A stretch of 64,000 nucleotides of DNA from Promethearchaeota archaeon (GTDB taxonomy: Archaea; Asgardarchaeota; Lokiarchaeia; Sigyniarchaeales; SOKP01): the NCBI GenBank assembly GCA_019058445.1, contig JAHPZA010000006.1, forward strand, positions 32,001 to 96,000. Direction: 5' to 3'. Every line of letters begins with the position of its first letter. The stretch's first letter is position 1. The notes under the pieces are model-generated. The model worked only from the letters and a program-made list of their open reading frames with translations. It ran no database searches and was not told where the DNA came from. This document shows, piece by piece, positions 16,857 to 28,475 of this stretch. The position numbers were made by a program, and so were the translations under genes.

Positions 16857-17237
16857 TTAATTTCTTTTGGTTTTTAAAGATAACAAATCAGAATCTCCCT
16901 GATCAATAATACCTATAGCAGAAATCATGTAAGGCTTAGCACACGCTAGTCCAAGATCCCAACTTGAACCCTTATATTTATAAATAAAAAGTTTATTCTT
17001 CAATAATGAATTATAATAATTAAATTGGCTTTCCAACTCTTTAGGACAATTGTTTGCAATTATTAACATCTTAAATGGATTATCCCTTAAGCCTCTTAAA
17101 ACTTGATTTTTCCCGTAAATAACTTTTCCTGTCTTGTAAGCGACTTTGATATTTGTATCAATATCAAATTCTTTTTTCTTTTTACGCGATAAGTCAACAG
17201 ACGTATCAGTTTGTTTGCTCTTCTTTTTTTTTGCCAT
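16857..17237 (-). CDS. rpl30e: 50S ribosomal protein L30e
   Basis: KTGKV.YG, IIANNCP, Y.GSSWDLG.AC.KPY, GDSD. Confidence 0.95.
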   Translation of the reverse strand: MAKKKKSKQTDTSVDLSRKKKKEFDIDTNIKVAYKTGKVIYGKNQVLRGLRDNPFKMLIIANNCPKELESQFNYYNSLLKNKLFIYKYKGSSWDLGLACAKPYMISAIGIIDQGDSDLLSLKTKRN

Positions 17238-17411
17238 TAGTAGCCAACTTTTTAATTGCTAATATCGTCTTTTTATTATACATTATTTAAAAGTAATTAA
17301 AAAAAATATATTATCATTTTAATTTTTTTGCCATGTTTTACAAGTTCTTCTTCAACACATCTAATTTATTGCTTAAATCAAAGTTAATTTATTCTTTTAT
17401 TGGTTCCGGAT

Positions 17412-18608
17412 TTATTTATTACCCTTTATGATTTCAAGATTTTTATCTAAATCGAACATTATACTGACTCTTCCTGTCCCAATAGGTGAGATTTGCCCAA
17501 TTATGACGTTTTCAGGGATTCCAAGCAATTTTTCTTCTTCTCCATATAATCCCGCATCAAGTAATTGATTTACGGTAACTTCAAAGGCAGCCCTGGCAAA
17601 TACACTTGATTTAGAGCCAGAAATTCCATGCCTACCTATCGATTGAATGGTCCCGGATACGCACATGAGGTCAGATAAAATAAGCAAGTGTCTTAAATCA
17701 ACATCCAATCCTTGTTGTTCAAGAACTTTTTGAGATTCCCTAATTATCATGTTTCTAGCAGCTTCTATTCCGTATAGCTTTTCAACTTCATGTATATGAT
17801 TTGAAACAGTTCGTGCAGCATCAACACCTTCAATTTGTACTACTCCTTGTAGATTAGTTCCCTCAGTTTTAATTATCCATTCCTTTTTGACTTCTTCTAA
17901 AGGCATTAGTAATCCTCTTTTCACCCCTCTTATGCCCTTTACCACTTTTTTCAGAATTTTTTCTCGCATTTTTTGTAAGCTTTGTAAATCCTCAATTCCA
18001 GGATCGATAATTACAGAATTGCCTTCTCTTTTAATAGTTCCCTTTTTCTTATATCTTTTTAAAATCTCGGGAATTTCATCAATATCAATTCCTTTTTTTT
18101 CACAAATTTCAGGTATAAGATTAATGATAATATTCCAATCTACATAATCCAAATCTACATCATGTGTAATATTCTCTATTCTAATTTGTTCTATACGATT
18201 GTGAACTTTAATAGCAGTTTCTTCAGACCCCCCATACTCTTTTTCAAGAAATACCTCCATTTGGGGAGTTGATGGGAATCGTCTCGCATCAACAATCTCG
18301 ATTAAACGGGGAAGTCCTTGAGTTACGGAAAATTCCTCTACTCCAGCATAATGAAAAGTTCTTAAAGTCATTTGAGTACCGGGTTCTCCAATGCTTTGTG
18401 CAGCAACTACTCCACAAGCCTCCGATACTTCTATTTTTGCATTATTGTAATTTATAAATATTTTATTTAAAAAATATTCTAACTGTTCTTCTTCTAACTC
18501 AATATCAATTATTTTATCTCTAATTTTTTCAATTAAATCTTCTGGAATTCCATCATCTTGTAATTCTTTTAAACGTTCTTCTAAAATTTTTGGTGTAACT
18601 TTTGCCAT
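17412..18608 (-). CDS. rpoA2: RNA polymerase subunit Rpo1C (A'')
   Basis: [37 protein letters not shown]; start moved to ATG 18608. Confidence 0.97.
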   Translation of the reverse strand: MAKVTPKILEERLKELQDDGIPEDLIEKIRDKIIDIELEEEQLEYFLNKIFINYNNAKIEVSEACGVVAAQSIGEPGTQMTLRTFHYAGVEEFSVTQGLPRLIEIVDARRFPSTPQMEVFLEKEYGGSEETAIKVHNRIEQIRIENITHDVDLDYVDWNIIINLIPEICEKKGIDIDEIPEILKRYKKKGTIKREGNSVIIDPGIEDLQSLQKMREKILKKVVKGIRGVKRGLLMPLEEVKKEWIIKTEGTNLQGVVQIEGVDAARTVSNHIHEVEKLYGIEAARNMIIRESQKVLEQQGLDVDLRHLLILSDLMCVSGTIQSIGRHGISGSKSSVFARAAFEVTVNQLLDAGLYGEEEKLLGIPENVIIGQISPIGTGRVSIMFDLDKNLEIIKGNK

Positions 18609-18636
18609 TTTACATACACACTCTTTATAATTTTTA

Positions 18637-21591
18637 TTATCCAAATTTTTCTGCTTTCCATTCAATATAACCTTTAGTTAATTTTCCCCGCCATACAGCA
18701 TTTTTTCCAGTTTCTTCATTGTATTGTGCTTGAAGTGCTTCTTCGTCCTGTTCATCGGCAGTTGGTCTATCTTTTTTTGCGGGTGCTTTTTTGGCAGGCT
18801 CTTTTTTGGCGGCAGCTTTTTTAGCTGGAACTTTTTTAGGAGCTGCTTTTTTTGGAGCGGATTCACTTTTGATTTCTTTTTGAATTTTATCAACATCAAG
18901 AGCTTTTGCTTTAAGTAATAGGACATCTAAATTAACGGCATTACCGTGATCAGTATGCATTGGATCTATTCCATCATCACCAAAACTAAATTGTATTATA
19001 TTTTTATCTGAATTACGAACTGTACCATCATTTTCAATGACCATATCTTGTAGGGCATTAACTAATCTCCTTTGCATATATCCACTTGTGGAGGTTCTTA
19101 CTGCAGTATCAACAAGACCCTCACGACCTCCCATTGCATGAAAAAAGAATTCTTCAGGGCGTAGACCATTACGATAAGAGGATGTAACAAAACCGCGTGA
19201 ACGGGGAGTAAGATCATTAATTTTGAAATGAGGTAAAGTTCTTTGACTATAACCTCTATTAATTCTTTCACCTCTTATTGCTTGTTGTCCAACTACAGCA
19301 GACATTTGGCCTAAATTCAAAATATTACCTCGAGCACCTGATTTCGTCATAATAACAGAATGAGCTTCATCTCCAATATAATGTGCTGCAGTTTCCTCTG
19401 CTTTTTTACGAGCTTCTGCCAACACTTGTCTTATCCTCAGCTCTAAAGTTTCTCTCATTGAACGTCCAGGGGCCCTTTTCAAAATTTTTGTGTTATTTTC
19501 ATTAAAGGCTTTTATGAGCTTTTCAGCCTCCTTATTCGCCTCATCCAATATCTGTTGAATTGCATCGTAAGCCAATCCTTTTACGTAAACTTCATCTAAA
19601 CCCATCGTCATCCCATTTTGACGAATCACATATAGCAGCATTTTAGTAGCATTATCTAAAAATTCTCTTCCCCTTGCATTGCCATGATCTTTTATTATTC
19701 GCGCTAAAATACTGTTCGATTGCATTGCGCCAAATGAATTTTCATCAATGGTTCCTGTAATCAATTCACCATTTTTAATCATTACATACGCATCAAATTT
19801 GCAGTCTTTTCCTTTACATACATCACATTTTTTACAAAATTTAGATCTTACTCGTATATTTAAATCATCCGGAAATAATGAACTAAATATTTGCTTTCCA
19901 GAATACATAGGTTCGGGATCAGTAGTAATTGGTGTTAGATGATCTAATTGAAAATCGGGATTGGTTTCAAAAATTCCACCCATATATAATAATTTTAATG
20001 TATCTTTTTTATTGTATAATGATTCCTTACTTGTAAATTGAAATACAGATGATATAAAATCTTGAATTCCACCTAATATGGGGCCTCCAAATCGAGGTGA
20101 TAAAATATGTTCTTGAACTTTTAGCAATAACTCTGCTTCTGTACGCGCTTCTTCACTTTGCGGTACATGTAAATTCATCTCATCACCATCAAAATCAGCA
20201 TTGTATGGAGGGCATACAGTCAAATTTAATCTAAATGTTTTTCCATCCATAATTTTTACTTCATGAGCCATAATCGACATTCTATGAAGAGATGGTTGTC
20301 GATTGAACAGAACTAAATCCCCATTATTTAAATGTCGTTCAACTGTAAATCCAGGAGCTAGCATATCAGCAATGATTTTTCTGTTTTTTACATATCGAAG
20401 ATCAATCCTTCTTCGATCATTTCTAATTATATAATTTGCCCCCGGATGTCTAAGAGGACCATTAAGAACTAATTGTTTCATTTCTTCGATGTTCCAATCA
20501 TTTACATTAGTTGGGATTGTTAATATTTTGGCAACGTCTTGGGGAACCCCTACATCATTAACACTAATATATGGATTTGGTGAAATTACACTTCTTGCGG
20601 AAAAATCTACCCTTTTACCGCTTAAATTACTTCTAAAACGTCCTTCTTTGCCTTTAAGCCTTTGAGTTAAGGTTCTTAACGCTCTCCCAGAGCGATGTCT
20701 TGCAGGGGGTATCCCTGAAACTTGATTATCAAAATAAGTAGTTATATGATATTGTAATAATTCCCATAAATCCTCAACGATTAAATGAGGGGCTCCTGCA
20801 TCAATATTTTCTCTTAACCGCTGATTAATTCTAATAACATCTACTAATTTATGGGTTAGATCATCTTCAGAGCGAATTCCACTGTCCAAGGTAATCGAAG
20901 GTCTTGCACAAACAGGAGGAATAGGTAATACAGTAAAAATTACCCATTCAAGTCTAGCATTTGCCGGAGAAATACCTAATATTCTTAAGTCAGGATCTTG
21001 TATTTTTTTAAGACGTTCTAATATTTCTATAGGAGTTAATCTACGCGATCCTTTATTTTCTTCCTCTTCATAAAAGGTTGTAGGTTTTTCAATTATAATT
21101 TTCTTTTTAATAGCTCCACAGTAAGGACATTGTTTTGTTTTTCTTGCTTTTTTAAATACAACTTTCGTAAAATCTTCCTCAGTCTCAAACGAGATTTGAA
21201 TATTTTTTACTTGTTCTTCTCTAAATTGTTCTTTTTCTTCGTCTGTAAGCATTAATTTAGAGCATTCTGGGCAAATGGAACGTAACACTTTTAATACTTT
21301 CTTGGCATATCCGACATGAATTACCGGTCTCGCCAATTCTATGTGTCCAAAGTGCCCCATACAATTACTTACAAGGTTTCCACAAGTTTGGCATCTTTGT
21401 CCCGGCTCAATAGTACCTAATCGCTGATCCATAAGTCCTGAAGGAATTGGTAACCCATCTTCATCATAAGTGTCGGCTGTAATTATTCTAGCAGCTGACA
21501 TTTTTCTAATCTCGTCCGGACTTAATAATCCGAATTTGATTTTCTCAATCATTTTGGTCCTAGAAAATGTATAACTCATAGGAGATAACAT
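18637..21591 (-). CDS. rpoA1: RNA polymerase subunit Rpo1N (A') with C-terminal extension
   Basis: [10 protein letters not shown] active site, [29 protein letters not shown]. Confidence 0.98.
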   Translation of the reverse strand: MLSPMSYTFSRTKMIEKIKFGLLSPDEIRKMSAARIITADTYDEDGLPIPSGLMDQRLGTIEPGQRCQTCGNLVSNCMGHFGHIELARPVIHVGYAKKVLKVLRSICPECSKLMLTDEEKEQFREEQVKNIQISFETEEDFTKVVFKKARKTKQCPYCGAIKKKIIIEKPTTFYEEEENKGSRRLTPIEILERLKKIQDPDLRILGISPANARLEWVIFTVLPIPPVCARPSITLDSGIRSEDDLTHKLVDVIRINQRLRENIDAGAPHLIVEDLWELLQYHITTYFDNQVSGIPPARHRSGRALRTLTQRLKGKEGRFRSNLSGKRVDFSARSVISPNPYISVNDVGVPQDVAKILTIPTNVNDWNIEEMKQLVLNGPLRHPGANYIIRNDRRRIDLRYVKNRKIIADMLAPGFTVERHLNNGDLVLFNRQPSLHRMSIMAHEVKIMDGKTFRLNLTVCPPYNADFDGDEMNLHVPQSEEARTEAELLLKVQEHILSPRFGGPILGGIQDFISSVFQFTSKESLYNKKDTLKLLYMGGIFETNPDFQLDHLTPITTDPEPMYSGKQIFSSLFPDDLNIRVRSKFCKKCDVCKGKDCKFDAYVMIKNGELITGTIDENSFGAMQSNSILARIIKDHGNARGREFLDNATKMLLYVIRQNGMTMGLDEVYVKGLAYDAIQQILDEANKEAEKLIKAFNENNTKILKRAPGRSMRETLELRIRQVLAEARKKAEETAAHYIGDEAHSVIMTKSGARGNILNLGQMSAVVGQQAIRGERINRGYSQRTLPHFKINDLTPRSRGFVTSSYRNGLRPEEFFFHAMGGREGLVDTAVRTSTSGYMQRRLVNALQDMVIENDGTVRNSDKNIIQFSFGDDGIDPMHTDHGNAVNLDVLLLKAKALDVDKIQKEIKSESAPKKAAPKKVPAKKAAAKKEPAKKAPAKKDRPTADEQDEEALQAQYNEETGKNAVWRGKLTKGYIEWKAEKFG
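18770..18860 (-). repeat. 15-bp (PAKK-type pentapeptide) coding repeats in the Rpo1N tail
   Basis: [30 protein letters not shown]. Confidence 0.85.
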
Positions 21592-21808
21592 CCACTAATT
21601 TCTATTTGAAATTCTAATACTATATAAAAATAAGTTGACAACTCTTGCACTATGGAGTAAAAAATACATTAAAAAATAAAAATTTTTTGGTTTTAGAGCT
21701 AATATTTATCTCTTTTTTTATTTTTTATATCTATAGATAAAAATGATTTAAAAACCTCTGTTCTAAGAGGATTCATTTTAGACTTATTTACAGTCAGTGT
21801 GATTCATA

Positions 21809-22981
21809 ATGACAAAAAAATTATTCTGGATACAACCTTACGATAAAGAATTCGAAGCAACAATAACAGCAGTAAGGAAAGAGGGAACAGTATTAGATCA
21901 AACTTTATTTTACCCTAGAAGTGGTGGACAAGCAAGCGATCGGGGCATTCTAAAAATGGGTGATTTAAAATTAGAAGTTGACAATGTCTCGAAAGCTGAC
22001 GATGAAATAATTCATCAAATTCCTACGGAATTCCTCGATACTATGAATATAGGAGACAAAATTACAGGGACCATTGATTGGGAATACCGATATGGTTTAA
22101 TGAAAGCTCATACATCTCAACACTTATTTTCAGCAATCGTGAAAAAGATGCTTGATATAGATACAGGACGAGTAGATATTAGTTTTGAAGAAGTCACATT
22201 TCAATTAACTAAGAGTTTGAGTTATGATCAATTAAAATCAGCATATAAGGAGATAAATCGTATTTGCACTGTTGAAAATATCAAAATAATTAGTAAAATT
22301 ATCACATATAAAGAAGCGGTCGATCTTAGCAAAGATATTAGAGGAGAAGAATTGCCTAAACACGATACTATCAGGCTTATCGAAAGTGAAAATTATGATT
22401 TAACTGCTTGCGGGGGAACCCATGTTCGGAACTCTAACGAAATCGGTCTTTTATTCATATATGAATTTAAGAGGGGGACTGATATTAAATATAACGTTGG
22501 TATGAAAGCTTTAACAGAAATATCAGAAATGATTCCGGATCTTTTAGAATTTAGCAATTCAATAAACCAACCAATAACAAATTTAAATGAAACCCTTAAA
22601 AAACGTTCAAATCTAATTGATAATTTACAACGGGATAAGATCGATCTTACAATTAATATTTTACACAAACTTTCCGAAAATCCTAATTTGAAAATAGAAA
22701 ATATTGGCATAAGCTATATAGATTTTCAAGTTGATAACAAAACGCTTTCAAAGGAGTTCAAAAATTTTCCACCAAATTCGCTTCTTATTATCAAGCTAGA
22801 AGAGAAAAAGTATAAAATTTTTTCAAACTCTAAGGATATCCTAGCTAAGGAGGTTATACAATATTTAATAGAGAAATATGAGGGAAAAGGGGGTGGTTCA
22901 GACACTTCTGCTCAGTGTGCCCTAGATAACAAACCTGTGGACATTTTAAATGATATGAAAATATTTTTAAATCAGAAATAA
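21809..22981 (+). CDS. AlaX-type alanyl-tRNA editing protein with C-terminal DHHA1-like domain
   Basis: LDQTLFYP.SGGQ..D.G, HTSQH, CGGTH, GKGGG. Confidence 0.9.
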   Translation: MTKKLFWIQPYDKEFEATITAVRKEGTVLDQTLFYPRSGGQASDRGILKMGDLKLEVDNVSKADDEIIHQIPTEFLDTMNIGDKITGTIDWEYRYGLMKAHTSQHLFSAIVKKMLDIDTGRVDISFEEVTFQLTKSLSYDQLKSAYKEINRICTVENIKIISKIITYKEAVDLSKDIRGEELPKHDTIRLIESENYDLTACGGTHVRNSNEIGLLFIYEFKRGTDIKYNVGMKALTEISEMIPDLLEFSNSINQPITNLNETLKKRSNLIDNLQRDKIDLTINILHKLSENPNLKIENIGISYIDFQVDNKTLSKEFKNFPPNSLLIIKLEEKKYKIFSNSKDILAKEVIQYLIEKYEGKGGGSDTSAQCALDNKPVDILNDMKIFLNQK

Positions 22982-23233
22982 CACACACACCGCCTAATAA
23001 ATCTTATTATAATTGATACAGAACGGAATCGCAAAACGAGAGGTACAAGAACTAGTTTGAAAGATTGTCTTTCTTTACAGATAGGAGAAACTGTACTCTT
23101 TAAATTTTTGTGATTAAAAATGTTTTTGAATTTTATTAACCACTTTTCATTTGAGACCGACTATTTTAGCATATTAAAATAAGTAGATTTATATAAAAGA
23201 ATTTAATTTGATGTTATAATTTATACATTTATT

Positions 23234-23836
23234 ATGGATAAACTTGGCATTCTTAAAATTAAAGTTGTAAATTTTATTCTACAGATTTTCATTTTAAGTT
23301 TATTCATCTATGTTTTTAATTATAAGTTTGAAATTAATTTTGATGGAAGTATATCAAAAGAACGGCGAGATATTATTCAATTTCTCGCAAATTATATAAT
23401 GTTTGATGCAAACAATATCTCTGAAGTTCAATTCATATTCATATCATGGATTATTATATCGCTTATCCCAGTAATTAATTTCGATGATTATAAAACGATA
23501 TATTCCATGAATTTATATACGTTTTTCTTTCCCAATTTCTTTTTTTATATCTTCTTATATCGATATTCACCTAATTATTTTCATTCACGTTTTTCTACGC
23601 TTATTATACAAACCTTAATTCTTGGTGTTATTATCGTGGTTTTTTCAATTGGAATTTCGTTTGTATTAAAAAAAACCATAAGACATAAAGGGAAAGCTCA
23701 ATTTGAAGATTTTAAAAAAATTGTTAAGAACATTACATATAAGTGTCCCAACTGTGGGACTGAATTTAACTCAATCCCAAAATACTGTTATACTTGCTTA
23801 AAAGAATTAGAAACAAATGAGAATTTTCATGAGTGA
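23234..23836 (+). CDS. Membrane protein with C-terminal zinc ribbon
   Basis: About four TM segments; CPNC...CYTC. Confidence 0.75.
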   Translation: MDKLGILKIKVVNFILQIFILSLFIYVFNYKFEINFDGSISKERRDIIQFLANYIMFDANNISEVQFIFISWIIISLIPVINFDDYKTIYSMNLYTFFFPNFFFYIFLYRYSPNYFHSRFSTLIIQTLILGVIIVVFSIGISFVLKKTIRHKGKAQFEDFKKIVKNITYKCPNCGTEFNSIPKYCYTCLKELETNENFHE

Positions 23837-25307
23837 TAATAATATGGCCCTTGACGGCTTATTTAAGCCCCAAACTGCTGCTATTTTTGAAGCGAAGGAG
23901 AATTTTTCCTTTTTCATAGAAGGTTTTAAGACCCAAGGTTTTGATTTAGATAACTTATATTTAATTTCTCCATCAGAGGAGGAGATTTTAGGTATAAAAT
24001 GTTATAAATCTTTTAGCAACATACCAATTAATACAATTGATCTGTTAATCTTAGCAGTTGGCAGAGATCGCCTTATAGATTCTTTAAGAAGTATTTTAGC
24101 TGTGAAAAAAGTTAGATTTATTCACTTTTTCACAGCCAGAACGGGCGAAGCTGATGAGATTGGTCTCAAAATTGAAAACGAAATAAGAGAGATATTAGAG
24201 CATGAGTATCCTAACACTCAAGCAATCGGTCCCAATTGCATGGGTGTTTATTGTCCTAAACATAGTTCTTATCTTCCTGACTTTCCCACTGAAAAGGGAG
24301 TTATAGGATTAGTTTTTCATTCTGGTGATTTATGTACAAGAACAATAAGATATGGTTTCATAAGACATAATTTAACCTTCTCGAAGGGAGCAAGTATTGG
24401 TAATTGTGTAAATCTACAAGTTTCTGATTTTTTGAAATTTTTTAAACATGATGAAGAAACTAAGGTCATAGCTACCTATTTTGAAGGATTTTCTCGATAT
24501 GGAAAAAATGAAGGAAGAAAAATATTCAATTTATTGGAAAATATAAAAAAACCTGTTTTATTCTTAAGGGGAGGTAAAACTAAGAGAGGACAATCTGCGG
24601 TATTAACTCATACTGGCTCACTGGGAACAGATGAAAAAATTTGGAGAGCTATTTTTAATCAAACGCCTTTAATCGAGGTAGGAAGCTCTATAAATGAACT
24701 TCTTGACTTTTTATACATATTCAATAAATATTATAAGAATAATCGAGGAACATTGATAGAAGATCAAATAAGTTTTTATCCCAAAGGTAAAAATACATTA
24801 GTAATTATTTGGTCAGGAGGTCTGGGCATTCTTGACACTGATACTTTAACTGAATTTGGGTTGAATTTACCATTATTCGATGGGAAAATAGTAGAGAAAT
24901 TAATGGAAATATATTCTTTAAAAATAGGATCACTCTCAAATCCCCTTGATCTTCCTTGGATTTCATCCAGAAGACATCAACAATATCTCGATCTTTGCAA
25001 AGCAGCAATTTCTGAGGACATCCAATTAGTAATAATGTACTCGGATGCTCGTCGTCGTGATAAAAAGACTTTTGAAATTATGTATAATAATTTAAAAACA
25101 ATAAAAGAATATGTAGAGTCGCTAAATAAAGTGTTTATCCTTATATTGCCTGATTCACCTTCCAATCTTAGAAAACAATATTATAAAATGCTTCTTAAAG
25201 ATGATTTTCTGGTATATCCCGATATCCAAAGAGCAGCTAAAGCTTTTTTGGCATTTTATCAACATGGGAAACAATTAAGAAGAATGCTAAAGAAAGAAAA
25301 ATTATAA
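23829..25307 (+). CDS. Acyl-CoA synthetase (NDP-forming) alpha-like, CoA-binding protein, paralogue 1
   Basis: GPNCMG, SIGN, THTGSL (phospho-His), SGG, NPLDL. Confidence 0.85.
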   Translation: MSDNNMALDGLFKPQTAAIFEAKENFSFFIEGFKTQGFDLDNLYLISPSEEEILGIKCYKSFSNIPINTIDLLILAVGRDRLIDSLRSILAVKKVRFIHFFTARTGEADEIGLKIENEIREILEHEYPNTQAIGPNCMGVYCPKHSSYLPDFPTEKGVIGLVFHSGDLCTRTIRYGFIRHNLTFSKGASIGNCVNLQVSDFLKFFKHDEETKVIATYFEGFSRYGKNEGRKIFNLLENIKKPVLFLRGGKTKRGQSAVLTHTGSLGTDEKIWRAIFNQTPLIEVGSSINELLDFLYIFNKYYKNNRGTLIEDQISFYPKGKNTLVIIWSGGLGILDTDTLTEFGLNLPLFDGKIVEKLMEIYSLKIGSLSNPLDLPWISSRRHQQYLDLCKAAISEDIQLVIMYSDARRRDKKTFEIMYNNLKTIKEYVESLNKVFILILPDSPSNLRKQYYKMLLKDDFLVYPDIQRAAKAFLAFYQHGKQLRRMLKKEKL

Positions 25308-25328
25308 TTTTTAAATCCAAGAATAAAA

Positions 25329-26834
25329 ATGTCAAGGTTAAAGAAAGAATTTACAATAAAAACGTCCAAGAGTATTGAAAATATGAAATCTTTAGATTTA
25401 TTGTTTAAACCTCGAAATGTAGTTATTTTTGAAGCGAAACCAAAAGTGGGTTATTTCATAGAAGGATTAAAATCACAAGGCTTTAATTTAGAGAATTTAT
25501 ATCTAATTTCTCCATCTAAAGATGAATTATCTGGCTTAAAATGCTATAATTCATTTGATGATCTTCCAATCGAAACCATTGATTTATTAATTTTATCTAT
25601 CAAAAGAGATTTAGTTATCCAAGCTTTAAATAATATTTTTTCTAAGAAAAAGGTAAATTTTATCCATTTTTTTACCGCAGGAATGAGTGAATCTGATGAA
25701 GAAGGACTATTTATTGAAAATCAAATTAGAAGAATTCTCGAGAATCCAGAAATTACCACCAGAGCGATTGGACCAAATTGTTTCGGTATATATTGTCCCA
25801 GTGGAAATAATTCATATATGCCATTTTTTCCAAATAAAAGTGGAAATATCGCCATAATTTCTCATTCTGGAGATATACTTTCTAGAACGGTGGGAAATGG
25901 AGCACTTATTTATAATCTGACATTTTCTAAGGGAGCTAGTATTGGTAATTGCGTGAGTTTACAAGTCTCTGATTTTTTAGAATATTTTAACCAAGATGAA
26001 GAGACCGATATTATTCTTATATATTTTGAGGGCTTTTCTCGTTATGAAAAATTGGAAGGGAGAAAATTATTTGAATTATTAATTAATATGCGAAAGCCTG
26101 TGTTAATTTTAAGAGGCGGAAAGACTAAGAGAGGGCAGTCTGCGGTTTTGTCCCACACTGGTTCATTGGGAACTCCTGAAAGAATATGGCATGCATTGTA
26201 TAAACAAACTCCTTTAATAGAAGTTGGAAGTTCTATAGAAGAAGTTATAGATCATTTATATTTCTTCTATGAATTTTATAAAAAAAATCGAGATTTGTCA
26301 TTAGATGCTAAGATCGATAAACTCCCTAAAGGAAAAAATGCCCTGGTAATTATTTGGAGCGGAGGGATTGGTATTATCGATACTGACGTCTTAACCGAAT
26401 TAGGATTTAATTTACCATTATTCAAGGGAGAAAAAGAGGAAAAATTAAATAAAATATATCCAGTTAAAATTGGTTCTCTTTCCAATCCTTTGGATCTTCC
26501 TTGGGTCTCGCGATCTGAAAAATATCTTGAATTATGTAAAGAAGCTATTTCCGAAGATATTGATATTGTGTTTATGCATACAGATGCAAGATTTGGTCGG
26601 AATTTAAAAAAACGTTTAGACAATTTGACAAAAATTAAAAATTATGTAGAATCCCAAAATAAAATATTAATCTTAATATTGCCTGAAACTCCCGAAAAAA
26701 ATCGGATTCGATACTTCCGTGCATTGGTTGAAAATGGATTTATTGTTTTTCCTGAACTTATGAGAGCTGGAAAAGCATATTTAGCCCTATATAATTATGG
26801 AATAAAAATTAAAAAGATGGAAAACAGAATTTAG
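25329..26834 (+). CDS. ACD alpha-like protein, paralogue 2
   Basis: GPNCFG, SHTGSL, NPLDL. Confidence 0.85.
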   Translation: MSRLKKEFTIKTSKSIENMKSLDLLFKPRNVVIFEAKPKVGYFIEGLKSQGFNLENLYLISPSKDELSGLKCYNSFDDLPIETIDLLILSIKRDLVIQALNNIFSKKKVNFIHFFTAGMSESDEEGLFIENQIRRILENPEITTRAIGPNCFGIYCPSGNNSYMPFFPNKSGNIAIISHSGDILSRTVGNGALIYNLTFSKGASIGNCVSLQVSDFLEYFNQDEETDIILIYFEGFSRYEKLEGRKLFELLINMRKPVLILRGGKTKRGQSAVLSHTGSLGTPERIWHALYKQTPLIEVGSSIEEVIDHLYFFYEFYKKNRDLSLDAKIDKLPKGKNALVIIWSGGIGIIDTDVLTELGFNLPLFKGEKEEKLNKIYPVKIGSLSNPLDLPWVSRSEKYLELCKEAISEDIDIVFMHTDARFGRNLKKRLDNLTKIKNYVESQNKILILILPETPEKNRIRYFRALVENGFIVFPELMRAGKAYLALYNYGIKIKKMENRI

Positions 26835-26876
26835 ATTTGTTAAATTATTTAGAGAAATATAAAGTGAAATTTAATA

Positions 26877-28364
26877 ATGTCAAAAAACAAAGAAAAGGAA
26901 AAATACTTGGATCCTTTATTTAAACCTAAAACAGTAGCAATTTATGGTGCCAGCGAGAGGGGTTCAACAAAACATTTTGTTGGAGGATTAGAAGTCCAGG
27001 GATTTAACAAGAAAAATCTTTATTTGATTAATCCATCTAAAGAGGAATTATTTGGATTAAAAGTATATAAATCACTTAAGGAAGTTCCGGAAGAGGAAAT
27101 TGATCATCTTATTTTATCTATCAGAAGAGAAAGATTAATTCAAAGTTTAGAAGAAATTTTTTCACAGAAAAAAGTGAATTCAATCCAAATATTTACCGCA
27201 GGCACGGGAGAGTATGATACTGAGGGGATACAAATTGAAAGAGATATTAAAGAAATGCTTAATGATGAGAAAGTTAACACCAGAATTATTGGACCTAATT
27301 GTATGGGGGTTTACAGTCCAAGTGGACATATTGCATATTTAAAAAGTTTTCCGCAAGAACCTGGTAATATTGGTTTAGTATTTCAATCAGGTGATTTACA
27401 CACCAGATTGATTAAGTTTGCTAATTTAAGATATGGAGTTAAATTTTCAAAGGGGGTCAGCATAGGAAACACTGTAGATCTTCAAATATCTGAGGTCTTA
27501 GAATACTTCAATACTGATGAGGAAACTGATATTATCGCAGTATATTTTGAAGGATTCTCTACTCTTCATCCAAATGAGGGCAAAAAATTATTAAAAACTT
27601 TAAAAACTATGAAAAAACCTGTTCTTTTTATGAGAGGTGGTGAAACTGAACGCGGACAAACTGCGGTCCTTACACATACAGGTACGATCGGAACAAAACA
27701 AAAAATATGGGATGCTGTATTTAAACAAACACCTATCATTAAAGTTCCAAGCTCTCTAGATTCAATTTTAGATTATATTTATATTTTCTATACATATATC
27801 AATAGATATAAAAAAATTGGAATAAAGATTAATGAAATTCCATATCCAATTGGAAAAAATACTCTTGTAGTGTTATGGTCTGGAGGATTTGGAATATTGG
27901 CAACGGACACATTAACTAAATTAGGATTGAATTTGCCTAATTTCAAGGGAGAAGTCTTGGAAAAATTAAGACAAATTTACCACATCAAGATCGGGAGCTT
28001 AAGCAATCCTTTAGATATGCCGTGGATTGAAAGCAGTAAGGAATATTTAGAGATATGTAAAGCTGCAATTGCAGAAGACATTGATCTCGTCATAATCGAA
28101 ACGGATGTTGCTAAGAATTTTAAACAAACAAAACATTTTCCCGGGTATTATTCAAATTTAAAAGAAATTAAAGAATTTGTGGAATCTTTAGATAAACTTT
28201 TAATTCTAATTCTCTACCAATATCCCAGCCCACACCGAAAAGAATTTTACGATATGCTCATCGAAGATGGTTTTATCGTATATCCTACTCTTCCTCAAGC
28301 AGCAAAATCTTATTTAGCATTATATGAATATGGTCTGAAAATACAAGCCTTAAAAAATCAATAA
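26877..28364 (+). CDS. ACD alpha-like protein, paralogue 3
   Basis: VAIYGAS, GPNCMG, THTG, NPLDM. Confidence 0.85.
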   Translation: MSKNKEKEKYLDPLFKPKTVAIYGASERGSTKHFVGGLEVQGFNKKNLYLINPSKEELFGLKVYKSLKEVPEEEIDHLILSIRRERLIQSLEEIFSQKKVNSIQIFTAGTGEYDTEGIQIERDIKEMLNDEKVNTRIIGPNCMGVYSPSGHIAYLKSFPQEPGNIGLVFQSGDLHTRLIKFANLRYGVKFSKGVSIGNTVDLQISEVLEYFNTDEETDIIAVYFEGFSTLHPNEGKKLLKTLKTMKKPVLFMRGGETERGQTAVLTHTGTIGTKQKIWDAVFKQTPIIKVPSSLDSILDYIYIFYTYINRYKKIGIKINEIPYPIGKNTLVVLWSGGFGILATDTLTKLGLNLPNFKGEVLEKLRQIYHIKIGSLSNPLDMPWIESSKEYLEICKAAIAEDIDLVIIETDVAKNFKQTKHFPGYYSNLKEIKEFVESLDKLLILILYQYPSPHRKEFYDMLIEDGFIVYPTLPQAAKSYLALYEYGLKIQALKNQ

Positions 28365-28475
28365 AATGGAATTAAGATCAATACGTATTCAATTTTAATC
28401 TTATTTTTGAAAAAACCTAAAATCTAAAGATAAAGTATAATTTACAAAATTAATATTAATAAAAGCCATTAATAA

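Noticed and set aside
18637-18900. Homologue of the Pol II heptad CTD
   Set aside because: No YSPTSPS similarity, and it is attached to the A' half rather than the end of the A''-equivalent region.
18678-18926. Overlapping 82-aa and 64-aa ORFs
   Set aside because: Alternative-frame by-products of the PAKK repeat.
23039-23100. Possible structured RNA after the alaX-like gene
   Set aside because: Only short stems (GTACA/TGTAC, GAAAGA/TCTTTC), within chance expectation.
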